DNA of 64,000 nucleotides from NCBI RefSeq assembly GCF_055900595.2, contig NZ_CM148325.1; one strand, 5' to 3'. Shown piece by piece: positions 53,439 to 64,000 of this stretch (position 1 is its first letter; each line of letters starts with the position of its first letter). The notes under the pieces were generated by a model. It saw only the letters and a program-made list of their open reading frames with translations, ran no database searches and was not told where the DNA came from. The position numbers and the translations under genes were made by a program.

Positions 53439-53642
53439 ATGAGTCTGTTTCCCGTTATCGTGGTGTTTGGGCTGTCCTTCCCACCGATATTTTTCGAATT
53501 GCTTTTATCACTGGCGATTTTCTGGCTGGTGCGCCGGGTACTTGTGCCAACAGGTATCTACGACTTTGTCTGGCATCCGGCGTTGTTCAACACCGCGCTC
53601 TATTGCTGCTTGTTTTATTTGATATCGCGACTGTTCGTTTGA
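53439..53642 (+). CDS. aaeX: small membrane protein AaeX
   Basis: 67 aa from [31 protein letters not shown]; the track ORF is longer. Confidence 0.8.
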
Positions 53643-53649
53643 GGTTGAA

Positions 53650-54582
53650 GTGAAAACACTAATAAGAAAATTCTCCCGTACGGCCATCACGGTCGTATTA
53701 GTCATTCTGGCCTTCATCGCAATTTTTAATGCCTGGGTCTATTACACCGAATCCCCGTGGACGCGTGACGCGCGCTTTAGCGCTGACGTCGTTGCGATCG
53801 CGCCGGACGTTTCTGGACTCATTACCCAGGTGAATGTTCATGATAACCAGCTGGTGAAAAAAGGACAGGTACTGTTCACCATCGACCAGCCGCGTTATCA
53901 AAAGGCGCTTGAGGAAGCGCAAGCCGATGTTGCTTATTATCAGGTACTGGCACAGGAGAAACGCCAGGAGGCCGGACGTCGTAACCGTCTCGGTGTGCAG
54001 GCGATGTCTCGCGAAGAGATCGATCAGGCCAACAACGTACTACAAACGGTTCTGCATCAGTTAGCGAAAGCGCAGGCGACCCGCGATCTGGCAAAACTGG
54101 ATCTTGAACGCACGGTGATCCGCGCGCCAGCAGATGGCTGGGTGACCAACCTCAACGTCTATACCGGTGAGTTTATTACCCGTGGATCAACGGCGGTTGC
54201 GCTGGTGAAACAGAACTCCTTCTATGTACTGGCCTATATGGAAGAAACTAAGCTGGAAGGGGTGCGCCCTAGGTATCGTGCAGAGATCACGCCGCTTGGC
54301 AGTAACAAAGTGCTGAAAGGGACTGTTGATAGTGTTGCTGCTGGGGTCACCAACGCCAGCAGCACGCGTGACGACAAAGGGATGGCGACCATCGACTCTA
54401 ACCTTGAATGGGTGCGTTTGGCGCAACGTGTTCCGGTTCGTATTCGTCTCGACAACCAGCAAGAGAACATCTGGCCTGCGGGCACCACTGCTACAGTGGT
54501 GGTCACTGGCAAACAAGATCGCGACGAAAGCCAGGATTCGTTCTTCCGTAAAATGGCCCATCGCCTGCGTGAGTTTGGTTAA
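53650..54582 (+). CDS. aaeA: p-hydroxybenzoic acid efflux pump adaptor subunit AaeA
   Basis: 310 aa; HlyD-family membrane fusion protein with N-terminal TM helix. Confidence 0.93.
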   Translation: MKTLIRKFSRTAITVVLVILAFIAIFNAWVYYTESPWTRDARFSADVVAIAPDVSGLITQVNVHDNQLVKKGQVLFTIDQPRYQKALEEAQADVAYYQVLAQEKRQEAGRRNRLGVQAMSREEIDQANNVLQTVLHQLAKAQATRDLAKLDLERTVIRAPADGWVTNLNVYTGEFITRGSTAVALVKQNSFYVLAYMEETKLEGVRPRYRAEITPLGSNKVLKGTVDSVAAGVTNASSTRDDKGMATIDSNLEWVRLAQRVPVRIRLDNQQENIWPAGTTATVVVTGKQDRDESQDSFFRKMAHRLREFG

Positions 54583-54587
54583 TCACG

Positions 54588-56555
54588 ATGGGTATTTTCT
54601 CCATTGCTAACCAACATATTCGCTTTGCGGTAAAACTGGCGACCGCCATTGTACTGGCGCTGTTTGTTGGCTTTCACTTCCAGCTGGAAACGCCACGCTG
54701 GGCGGTACTGACAGCGGCGATTGTTGCCGCCGGTCCGGCCTTTGCTGCGGGAGGTGAACCGTATTCTGGCGCTATTCGCTATCGTGGCTTTTTGCGCATC
54801 ATCGGCACATTTATTGGCTGTATTGCCGGACTGGTGATCATCATTGCGATGATCCGCGCACCATTATTGATGATTCTGGTGTGCTGTATCTGGGCCGGTT
54901 TTTGTACCTGGATATCCTCGCTGGTACGAATAGAAAACTCGTATGCGTGGGGGCTGGCTGGTTATACCGCGCTGATCATTGTGATTACCATTCAGCCGGA
55001 ACCGCTTCTTACGCCGCAGTTTGCCGTCGAACGTTGTAGCGAGATCGTTATCGGTATTGTGTGTGCAATTATGGCGGATTTGCTCTTTTCTCCGCAATCG
55101 ATCAAACAAGAAGTGGATCGAGAGCTGGAAAGTTTGCTGGTCGCGCAATATCAATTAATGCAACTCTGTATCAAGCATGGCGATGGTGAAGTTGTCGATA
55201 AAGCCTGGGGCGATCTTGTGCGACGCACCACGGCGTTACAAGGTATGCGCAGCAACCTGAATATGGAATCTTCCCGCTGGGCGCGGGCCAATCGACGTTT
55301 AAAAGCGATCAATACGCTATCGCTGACGCTGATTACCCAATCCTGCGAAACTTATCTTATTCAGAATACGCGCCCGGAATTGATCACTGATACTTTCCGC
55401 GAATTTTTTGACACGCCGGTAGAAACCGCGCAGGACGTCCACAAGCAGCTCAAACGCCTGCGGAGAGTTATCGCCTGGACCGGGGAACGGGAAACGCCTG
55501 TCACCATTTATAGCTGGGTCGCGGCGGCAACGCGTTATCAGCTTCTCAAGCGCGGCGTTATCAGTAACACAAAAATCAACGCTACTGAAGAAGAGATCCT
55601 GCAAGGCGAACCGGAAGTCAAAGTAGAGTCAGCCGAACGTCATCATGCGATGGTTAACTTCTGGCGAACCACACTTTCCTGCATTCTGGGGACGCTTTTC
55701 TGGCTGTGGACGGGCTGGACTTCCGGCAGTGGTGCAATGGTGATGATTGCGGTAGTGACGTCACTGGCAATGCGTTTGCCGAATCCACGCATGGTGGCGA
55801 TCGACTTTATTTATGGGACGCTGGCGGCGCTGCCGTTAGGGCTACTCTACTTTTTGGTGATTATCCCTAATACCCAACAAAGCATGTTATTGCTGTGTAT
55901 TAGCCTGGCAGTGCTGGGATTCTTCCTTGGCATTGAAGTACAGAAACGGCGATTGGGCTCGATGGGGGCGCTGGCCAGCACCATAAACATTATCGTGCTG
56001 GATAACCCGATGACTTTCCATTTCAGTCAGTTTCTCGACAGCGCATTAGGGCAAATCGTCGGCTGTGTGCTCGCGTTCACCGTTATTTTGCTGGTGCGGG
56101 ATAAATCGCGCGACAGGACTGGACGTGTACTGCTTAATCAGTTTGTTTCTGCCGCTGTTTCCGCGATGACTACCAATGTGGCACGTCGTAAAGAGAATCA
56201 CCTCCCGGCACTTTATCAGCAGCTGTTTTTGCTGATGAATAAGTTCCCAGGGGATTTGCCGAAATTTCGCCTGGCACTGACGATGATTATCGCGCACCAG
56301 CGCCTGCGTGATGCGCCGATCCCGGTTAACGAGGATTTATCGGCGTTTCACCGGCAAATGCGCCGCACAGCAGACCATGTGATATCTGCCCGTAGCGATG
56401 ATAAACGTCGTCGGTACTTTGGCCAGTTGCTGGAAGAACTGGAAATCTACCAGGAAAAGCTACGCATCTGGCAAGCGCCACCGCAGGTGACGGAACCAGT
56501 ACATCGGCTTACGGGTATGCTCCATAAGTATCAACATGCGTTGACCGATAGTTAA
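54588..56555 (+). CDS. aaeB: p-hydroxybenzoic acid efflux pump subunit AaeB
   Basis: 655 aa; FUSC-family membrane protein. Confidence 0.93.
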   Translation: MGIFSIANQHIRFAVKLATAIVLALFVGFHFQLETPRWAVLTAAIVAAGPAFAAGGEPYSGAIRYRGFLRIIGTFIGCIAGLVIIIAMIRAPLLMILVCCIWAGFCTWISSLVRIENSYAWGLAGYTALIIVITIQPEPLLTPQFAVERCSEIVIGIVCAIMADLLFSPQSIKQEVDRELESLLVAQYQLMQLCIKHGDGEVVDKAWGDLVRRTTALQGMRSNLNMESSRWARANRRLKAINTLSLTLITQSCETYLIQNTRPELITDTFREFFDTPVETAQDVHKQLKRLRRVIAWTGERETPVTIYSWVAAATRYQLLKRGVISNTKINATEEEILQGEPEVKVESAERHHAMVNFWRTTLSCILGTLFWLWTGWTSGSGAMVMIAVVTSLAMRLPNPRMVAIDFIYGTLAALPLGLLYFLVIIPNTQQSMLLLCISLAVLGFFLGIEVQKRRLGSMGALASTINIIVLDNPMTFHFSQFLDSALGQIVGCVLAFTVILLVRDKSRDRTGRVLLNQFVSAAVSAMTTNVARRKENHLPALYQQLFLLMNKFPGDLPKFRLALTMIIAHQRLRDAPIPVNEDLSAFHRQMRRTADHVISARSDDKRRRYFGQLLEELEIYQEKLRIWQAPPQVTEPVHRLTGMLHKYQHALTDS

Positions 56556-56559
56556 GTCA

Positions 56560-56588
56560 AAACCGACGCCAAAAGCGTCGGTTTTTTC
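56560..56588 (+). terminator. Rho-independent terminator of the aaeXAB operon
   Basis: CCGACGC...GCGTCGG hairpin followed by TTTTTT. Confidence 0.8.
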
Positions 56589-56646
56589 ATGGCTATACTT
56601 AGCAATGAACGGCAGAACTCGCCGCGAAACGTGACGGTGGCAACAG

Positions 56647-56919
56647 ATGAATATTTATACCTTTGATTTTGATGAGATTGAGAGTCAGGAGGATTTTTAT
56701 CGCGACTTTAGCCAAACCTTTGGTCTGGCAAAAGATAAAGTACGCGATCTCGACTCTCTATGGGATGTGTTAATGAACGATGTCCTGCCGCTACCACTTG
56801 AGATTGAATTTGTTCATCTGGGAGAGAAAACGCGTCGCCGTTTTGGCGCATTAATATTGCTGTTTGATGAGGCAGAGGAAGAGCTGGAAGGGCATTTGCG
56901 TTTTAATGTTCGTCATTAG
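56647..56919 (+). CDS. yhcO: barstar-like protein YhcO
   Basis: 90-aa acidic protein ([21 protein letters not shown]...). Confidence 0.8.
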   Translation: MNIYTFDFDEIESQEDFYRDFSQTFGLAKDKVRDLDSLWDVLMNDVLPLPLEIEFVHLGEKTRRRFGALILLFDEAEEELEGHLRFNVRH

Positions 56920-56920
56920 C

Positions 56921-56947
56921 GCAAAAAAAAGCCCCCGAACCGGGGGC
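56921..56947 (-). terminator. Rho-independent terminator downstream of yhcN (shared convergent region with yhcO)
   Basis: GCCCCCG-AAC-CGGGGGC hairpin with a T-tract on the minus strand. Confidence 0.75.
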
Positions 56948-56974
56948 AATATCGTCGGACAAGACGATGAGGGT

Positions 56975-57238
56975 TTATTTGTACAGTTCAGCCGTAGCGT
57001 GCCAGGTGTCACCGCTACGAGCTTCAGTAATCTGGTAGGCCGTTGCGCCTTTCTCTTCCGCTTTTTTGTTCAGCATTTCACGCATATCCATTGGCGAAGA
57101 CGCCACACCACTTACGGATACGGTCCCGATTGCTTCACGATTTTGTGCTTGTGCAGCATCAATGGAGTCGGCAGCGAATGCACCGAAAGAGAGAACAGAA
57201 AGTACGCTTAATGCAGCAACAGTGGTTTTGATTTTCAT
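56975..57238 (-). CDS. yhcN: periplasmic stress-response protein YhcN (DUF1471)
   Basis: 87 aa from MKIKTTVAALSVLSVLSFGAFA (signal peptide); the track ORF is longer. Confidence 0.85.
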   Translation of the reverse strand: MKIKTTVAALSVLSVLSFGAFAADSIDAAQAQNREAIGTVSVSGVASSPMDMREMLNKKAEEKGATAYQITEARSGDTWHATAELYK

Positions 57239-57602
57239 GATTTTTACCTCGACATAATCTTTTAGCTGGGCCTTTGTTTCGTGACCCATATCACAAAATC
57301 AAGTATACACTAATTATTGAACTAATTAATACCACGCTAACTGTTTCAGTTGATACTAAGTGTTAAAAGTGTGAGTTTTAATAACAAAAAAGAATTAAAA
57401 ACACGGTTATTTATTATTAATTCCATTATTTTCAATTAGATAATGAATTTTGCATAATGTGCTTTTTTTAACTCATGTATTCATTATGTGAATGACATGT
57501 CGCGCTAAAACGCACTATTCGTTAAATTAATCGTAGGAGAAAGCAGGGGGATGAGAGGGAAAAGCAACATTTTCCCCGCCGCCAGAAGCGACGGGGCAGA
57601 GA

Positions 57603-58076
<474 letters not shown>

Positions 58077-58117
58077 TCACCCGATATGGTGGTTGATACA
58101 ACATTATTGTGCATACA

Positions 58118-58135
58118 GATGAATTTTTATGCAAA
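58118..58135. promoter_or_regulatory. candidate ARG box in the argR promoter region (autoregulation)
   Basis: TGAATTTTTATGCA resembles the ARG box core TGAAT-w4-ATTCA with one mismatch, 45-60 bp upstream of the argR start. Confidence 0.4.
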
Positions 58136-58432
58136 CAGTCAGCCCTGAAGATGGCTGAAATAATGTTATGAAAGAGCGGGATTTTATCAAATTTCGTTAT
58201 TGAGAAACATGCCTGCGTCACGGCATGCAAATTCTGCTTAAAAGTAAATTAATTGTTATCAAATTGATGTTGTTTTGGCTGAACGGTAGGGTATATTGTC
58301 ACCACCTGTTGGAATGTTGCGCTAATGCATAAGCGACTGTTAATTACGTAAGTTAGGTTCCTGATTACGGCAATTAAATGCATAAACGCTAAACTTGCGT
58401 GACTACACATTCTTGAGATGTGGTCATTGTAA

Positions 58433-59446
<1,014 letters not shown>

Positions 59447-59462
59447 TTGATTAGCGGATAAT

Positions 59463-59492
59463 AAAAAACCGGAGCACAGACTCCGGTTTTTT
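59463..59492. terminator. bidirectional Rho-independent terminator between mdh and degS
   Basis: A-tract, CCGGAG-CACAGA-CTCCGG hairpin, T-tract. Confidence 0.8.
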
Positions 59493-59508
59493 GTCTTTCA
59501 CGTTGGCC

Positions 59509-60576
59509 TTAATTGGTTGCCGGATATTCCTGAATGGTGACCTGCAGCGTTAACTGCTTATCATCACGCATCACTACAACCGGGATCACCGAGCCAGGGC
59601 GAATTTCCGCCACCTGATCCATCGTCTCCAGAGCAGAGATGGCCGGTTTGTTATCCACCGAAATAATCAAATCATTGACCTGTATACCCGCATTCGCCGC
59701 CGGGCCGTCAGGCGACACTTCATTAACTACGATACCTTGCAGTTGATCTATGCCACCGCCCTGCGCATGCAGTGGTGCGATCTCACGTCCGCCGATACCA
59801 ATGTAGCCGCGGATCACGCGACCATCGCGGATCAGCTTATCCATAATTTTGGTTGCTAACTGGAAAGGAATCGCAAAGCCGATACCTTCCGGCGTTTCGC
59901 CATCGTTACTCTTATCAAACGACAGCGTGTTAATGCCCATCAGTTCGCCCAGCGAGTTCACCAGCGCGCCGCCAGAGTTACCGTGGTTAATGGAAGCATC
60001 GGTTTGCAGGAAGTTTTGCCGCCCGGTCGGATTAAGACCGATTCGACCCGTGGCACTAATAATCCCCTGGGTAATGGTCTGCCCGAGGTTGTACGGGTTA
60101 CCGATCGCCAGTACCACATCGCCGATGTGCGGTACGCGACGTGCATTGATTGGAATGGTAGGTAAACCGCCAGTGGCATTAATTTTAAGTACCGCCAGAT
60201 CGGTTAGAGAGTCAGATCCCACCAGTAATGCTTCAAATACACGTCCATCTTGTAAGGCGACGATGATCTGATCGGCGTCGTTGATGACGTGTTTATTGGT
60301 GATGATATAACCGCGTTGATCCATGATTACACCGGATCCCAGGGTGCGGATCTCAAGCTGGTTGTGAGAGTTGGTGTTCAAACCACGGTTGTAAACGTTA
60401 ACCACCGCTGGCGCGGCGCGGCGAACCGCCAGATTATAGCTGGCAGGCGTCTCATCGGTACTGTCAAATTGCGGAGTGGAAAGCGGGTTAAGGCTGCGCA
60501 GCGAAGGCATGGCAACCAGCAGAATAGCGCCGACAATTAATCCAATCGCAACGGAACGTAAGAGCTTCACAAACAT
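59509..60576 (-). CDS. degS: periplasmic serine endoprotease DegS
   Basis: 355 aa; N-terminal TM anchor, trypsin-like domain (GNSGGAL) and one PDZ domain. Confidence 0.95.
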   Translation of the reverse strand: MFVKLLRSVAIGLIVGAILLVAMPSLRSLNPLSTPQFDSTDETPASYNLAVRRAAPAVVNVYNRGLNTNSHNQLEIRTLGSGVIMDQRGYIITNKHVINDADQIIVALQDGRVFEALLVGSDSLTDLAVLKINATGGLPTIPINARRVPHIGDVVLAIGNPYNLGQTITQGIISATGRIGLNPTGRQNFLQTDASINHGNSGGALVNSLGELMGINTLSFDKSNDGETPEGIGFAIPFQLATKIMDKLIRDGRVIRGYIGIGGREIAPLHAQGGGIDQLQGIVVNEVSPDGPAANAGIQVNDLIISVDNKPAISALETMDQVAEIRPGSVIPVVVMRDDKQLTLQVTIQEYPATN

Positions 60577-60665
60577 GATGGAGGCGTCATTAAAAAAGGG
60601 AACGGCAGCAGCATACCACGAGTTAACCGGACATCACACGTCAGCCTGATGCCCGGTTTACGACA

Positions 60666-62033
60666 TTAACGCATCAGCAAATAGATGCTTTCATTGCCGC
60701 GTACAATTTGCAGGGCGATGATGGCCGGTTTTGCCGCCAGCACTTTACGCATTTCAGCAATCGAGTTCACCCGATCGCGGTTGACGCCAATGATCACATC
60801 GTCTTTTTGCAAGCCTGCCTGAGCAGCTGGGCTTCCTTTGACAACCTCATCGATCTTAATACCTTTGCCGCCATCTTTTAGCTGACCATCGCTCAACGTT
60901 GCACCTTCCAGCGCTGGCGTGATCATTTCAGCACTGGCCGACGAAGAGGTACTGGTATCGAGCGTCACTTCTACTTCCAGTGGTTTGCCATTACGCAGCA
61001 GGCCGAGCTTTACTTTCGTGCCCGGCTCGGTGGTTGCGATACGAGAGCGCAACTCAGCAAAGCTATTCAGCGGTTTGCCGTTGAGGCTGGTAATAATATC
61101 GCCCGCTTTGATGCCCGCTTTTGCCGAGCCAGAACCTGGCAACACTTCGCTGACAAACGCGCCACGCTGCACGTCAAGGTTGAAGGCTTTGGCGATATCG
61201 GCACTCATCTCGGTGCCTTTGATGCCTAACAGACCGCGTTTGATTTCACCAAAGTCGATAAGCTGCTGCGCCAGTGTTCGCGCCATATTACTGGGGATGG
61301 CAAATCCAATCCCGACGCTCCCACCGCCAGGCGCAAGGATTGCAGTGTTGATGCCAATTAACTCACCGTTAAGGTTTAACAGTGCACCGCCGGAGTTACC
61401 GCGGTTAATGGAAGCATCTGTCTGGATAAAGTTTTCAAGACCTTCAAGATTCAATCCGCTGCGGCCTAATGCGGAAACAATGCCAGAGGTGGCGGTTTGC
61501 CCAAGGCCAAATGGGTTACCGACTGCCACGGCAAAATCACCGACGCGCAGTTTGTCTGAGTCGGCAATGGCGATTTGCGTTAATTTACTCGGGTTTTGAA
61601 TTTGCAAAAGGGCGATATCGCTTTGGTCATCGCTACCAATCAGTTTTGCATCAAACTCGCGCCCATCATTGAGTTGAATACTGATTTTCTGTGCCTGATT
61701 AATCACATGGTTGTTGGTCAGAACATAGCCTTTACTGGCGTTGATGATGACACCGGAGCCTAAACCTTCGAAAGGTTGTGCAGGTTGATCCGGTAAATCA
61801 TCACCAAAAAACTTTTTGAATTCTTCCGGGATTTTCTGTCCCTGACTGGCCGTTCCTTCCACTCGTACGCTCACCACTGCCGGAAGCACTTTTTCCAGCA
61901 TTGGGGCCAGACTGGGGAGAGGGGCCTGATCGGCAACCTGGCCTGGAATCGACGCAACGGCCTGAAATGACGCCGAGAGAGTTAACCCGACACTTAACGC
62001 TAATGCACTCAACAGCTGGGTTTGTTTTTTCAT
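60666..62033 (-). CDS. degQ: periplasmic serine endoprotease DegQ
   Basis: 455 aa from MKKQTQLLSALALSVGLTL (signal peptide); GNSGGAL active-site motif and a two-PDZ-length C-terminus. Confidence 0.95.
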   Translation of the reverse strand: MKKQTQLLSALALSVGLTLSASFQAVASIPGQVADQAPLPSLAPMLEKVLPAVVSVRVEGTASQGQKIPEEFKKFFGDDLPDQPAQPFEGLGSGVIINASKGYVLTNNHVINQAQKISIQLNDGREFDAKLIGSDDQSDIALLQIQNPSKLTQIAIADSDKLRVGDFAVAVGNPFGLGQTATSGIVSALGRSGLNLEGLENFIQTDASINRGNSGGALLNLNGELIGINTAILAPGGGSVGIGFAIPSNMARTLAQQLIDFGEIKRGLLGIKGTEMSADIAKAFNLDVQRGAFVSEVLPGSGSAKAGIKAGDIITSLNGKPLNSFAELRSRIATTEPGTKVKLGLLRNGKPLEVEVTLDTSTSSSASAEMITPALEGATLSDGQLKDGGKGIKIDEVVKGSPAAQAGLQKDDVIIGVNRDRVNSIAEMRKVLAAKPAIIALQIVRGNESIYLLMR

Positions 62034-62186
62034 TATTCCTGCTCTCGTACCTGAATGATAAGAAAAGAGATTCAAAACAGTTTGATGTTATTGAATTTTC
62101 AGACGGCTAACAATGAGACACCAGATTAAATGATAGTCGGGGAGGGAAAGAAGAGGAGGGCGCAATGGCTGCGCCCGAAAAATAAA

Positions 62187-62585
62187 TTAGTCGCGCTTCG
62201 CGCCAGTACGCAGCAGGCCTGACGCGCCTTCAGAATAGTCGCGTGGCATTTGCACCGGCGCCTGATCGTTGCTGGCTTCAGACTCTGCCAGACGATTACG
62301 GAACGGGTTTGCTTCAGCAGACAGTTCCGGCAGCAGGCTGCTGGAGCTTTTCGCCATGTGTTGATACAGCTGGCGATAGTCGTGCGCCATGGTATCCAGT
62401 AATTCCGCGCTGCGGGCAAAGTGGCTAACCAGCTCTTCGCGATACTCGTCCAGTTCAGCTTTATTCTTTTCCAGTTCGTACTGCAACGCCTGTTGCTGGC
62501 GTAGTTTACGATTACCAAAACGCATGGCCACAGCACCAATAATGATGCCGACGACTAACCCAATTAGCGCATATTCCCAGGTCAT
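62187..62585 (-). CDS. zapG: cell-division protein ZapG (YhcB)
   Basis: 132 aa from MTWEYALIGLVVGIIIGAV (N-terminal TM helix) followed by a coiled-coil region. Confidence 0.88.
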   Translation of the reverse strand: MTWEYALIGLVVGIIIGAVAMRFGNRKLRQQQALQYELEKNKAELDEYREELVSHFARSAELLDTMAHDYRQLYQHMAKSSSSLLPELSAEANPFRNRLAESEASNDQAPVQMPRDYSEGASGLLRTGAKRD

Positions 62586-62778
62586 GAACATCTCCCGTTG
62601 TCTTTTGTTTCCGTAGGGTGTTGGCTTCAGGCTCCATGCCTGCGGCTGATTATGCCACTATAACCGTTAATTCCACAGAAGTGGAATCCCGACTCCATAT
62701 CCCGTAGTGTAGAACGGCCTTTTTTTCGTCAACCGTGAACAACGGCGCACCGATTATTCAAGGAATAACAATAAGATC

Positions 62779-63906
62779 ATGCAAAGCGTTACCCCAACAT
62801 CGCAATACCTGAAGGCGCTCAATGAAGGCAGCCATCAACCCGACGACGTTCAAAAAGAGGCCGTCAGCCGCCTGGAAATTATTTATCAGGAACTCATCAA
62901 TAGCACGCCTCCAGCCCCCAGGACGAGTGGGCTAATGGCGCGGGTCGGTAAGCTGTGGGGTAAACGCGAAGACACACAGCATACGCCAGTGCGTGGCTTA
63001 TATATGTGGGGCGGGGTAGGACGCGGGAAAACCTGGCTGATGGACCTTTTCTATCAAAGCCTGCCGGGAGAGCGGAAACAGCGTCTGCACTTTCACCGTT
63101 TTATGCTGCGGGTACATGAAGAGCTAACTGCTTTGCAGGGGCAGACCGATCCGCTGGAAATTATTGCCGATCGCTTTAAAGCAGAAACTGACGTGCTCTG
63201 TTTTGACGAATTTTTTGTTTCTGATATTACCGATGCCATGCTACTTGGCGGCCTGATGAAAGCCCTGTTCGCCCGCGGTATTACCCTGGTAGCGACGTCA
63301 AATATTCCGCCGGACGAACTTTATCGAAATGGCCTGCAACGTGCGCGTTTTTTGCCTGCAATCGATGCCATTAAACAGCATTGTGATGTAATGAACGTGG
63401 ACGCCGGTGTTGATTATCGACTGCGTACGCTCACTCAGGCGCACCTGTGGCTTTCGCCACTCAACGATGAAACCCGGACGCAAATGGACAAACTATGGTT
63501 GGCGCTGGCGGGGGCGAAACGAGAAAATTCACCGACGTTAGAAATCAACCATCGGCCATTGGCGACAATGGGCGTCGAGAACCAGACGCTGGCGGTCTCT
63601 TTTACTACGCTGTGCGTCGACGCCCGTAGTCAGCATGACTATATTGCGCTCTCACGCCTCTTTCACACGGTCATGTTGTTTGATGTACCAGTTATGACGC
63701 GGTTGATGGAGAGCGAAGCGCGGCGCTTTATTGCGCTGGTGGATGAGTTTTACGAGCGCCATGTCAAATTAGTGGTGAGTGCAGAAGTGCCGCTGTATGA
63801 AATTTATCAGGGCGATCGGCTGAAGTTTGAGTTCCAGCGTTGCCTGTCACGTCTGCAAGAGATGCAAAGCGAAGAGTATCTGAAGCGCGAGCATTTAGCG
63901 GGTTAA
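62779..63906 (+). CDS. zapE: AAA-family ATPase ZapE (YhcM)
   Basis: 375 aa; Walker A GGVGRGKT, Walker B LCFDEF. Confidence 0.93.
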   Translation: MQSVTPTSQYLKALNEGSHQPDDVQKEAVSRLEIIYQELINSTPPAPRTSGLMARVGKLWGKREDTQHTPVRGLYMWGGVGRGKTWLMDLFYQSLPGERKQRLHFHRFMLRVHEELTALQGQTDPLEIIADRFKAETDVLCFDEFFVSDITDAMLLGGLMKALFARGITLVATSNIPPDELYRNGLQRARFLPAIDAIKQHCDVMNVDAGVDYRLRTLTQAHLWLSPLNDETRTQMDKLWLALAGAKRENSPTLEINHRPLATMGVENQTLAVSFTTLCVDARSQHDYIALSRLFHTVMLFDVPVMTRLMESEARRFIALVDEFYERHVKLVVSAEVPLYEIYQGDRLKFEFQRCLSRLQEMQSEEYLKREHLAG

Positions 63907-64000
63907 AACCTGCCACAAATCACAAAAAGGGGTCGATCTTTGACCCCGACTTCTCTATAATCCTGCGACCCCACGTTACAAGAAAGTTTTTTTCCCAAAA

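Overview
This window is an Escherichia coli-type chromosomal segment, in reverse-complement orientation relative to K-12 gene order, running from the 5' end of fmt and def through a complete rRNA operon to zapE. The rRNA operon has rrnD architecture (16S, tRNA-Ile, tRNA-Ala, 23S, 5S, tRNA-Thr, second 5S) with tandem P1/P2 promoters, boxA and T1/T2 terminators. About 45 core genes look intact (yhdWXYZ, acrEF-envR, fis-dusB, prmA, panF, accBC, acuI, csrD, mreBCD, rng, yhdP, tldD, aaeRXAB, argR, mdh, degSQ, zapGE). The one clearly accessory feature is an insertion of about 8.6 kb (approx. 27.1-35.7 kb) between yhdT and accC, which are adjacent in K-12 as far as I recall. It encodes a DeoR-type regulator, two paralogous PfkB sugar kinases, a GatY/KbaY-like class II aldolase, a three-component sugar ABC importer and a 348-aa protein of unknown function. 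It looks like a self-contained uptake and catabolism module for an unidentified sugar, with no mobility genes at its borders. No CRISPR array, IS element, integrase or prophage gene was seen. Gene identities rest on my reading of the translated ORFs and recalled K-12 sequences and synteny; no database search was run. CDS coordinates follow the supplied ORF track, with starts trimmed where the K-12-like N-terminus was recognisable. RNA genes and small motifs were hand-counted and may be off by 1-2 nt.
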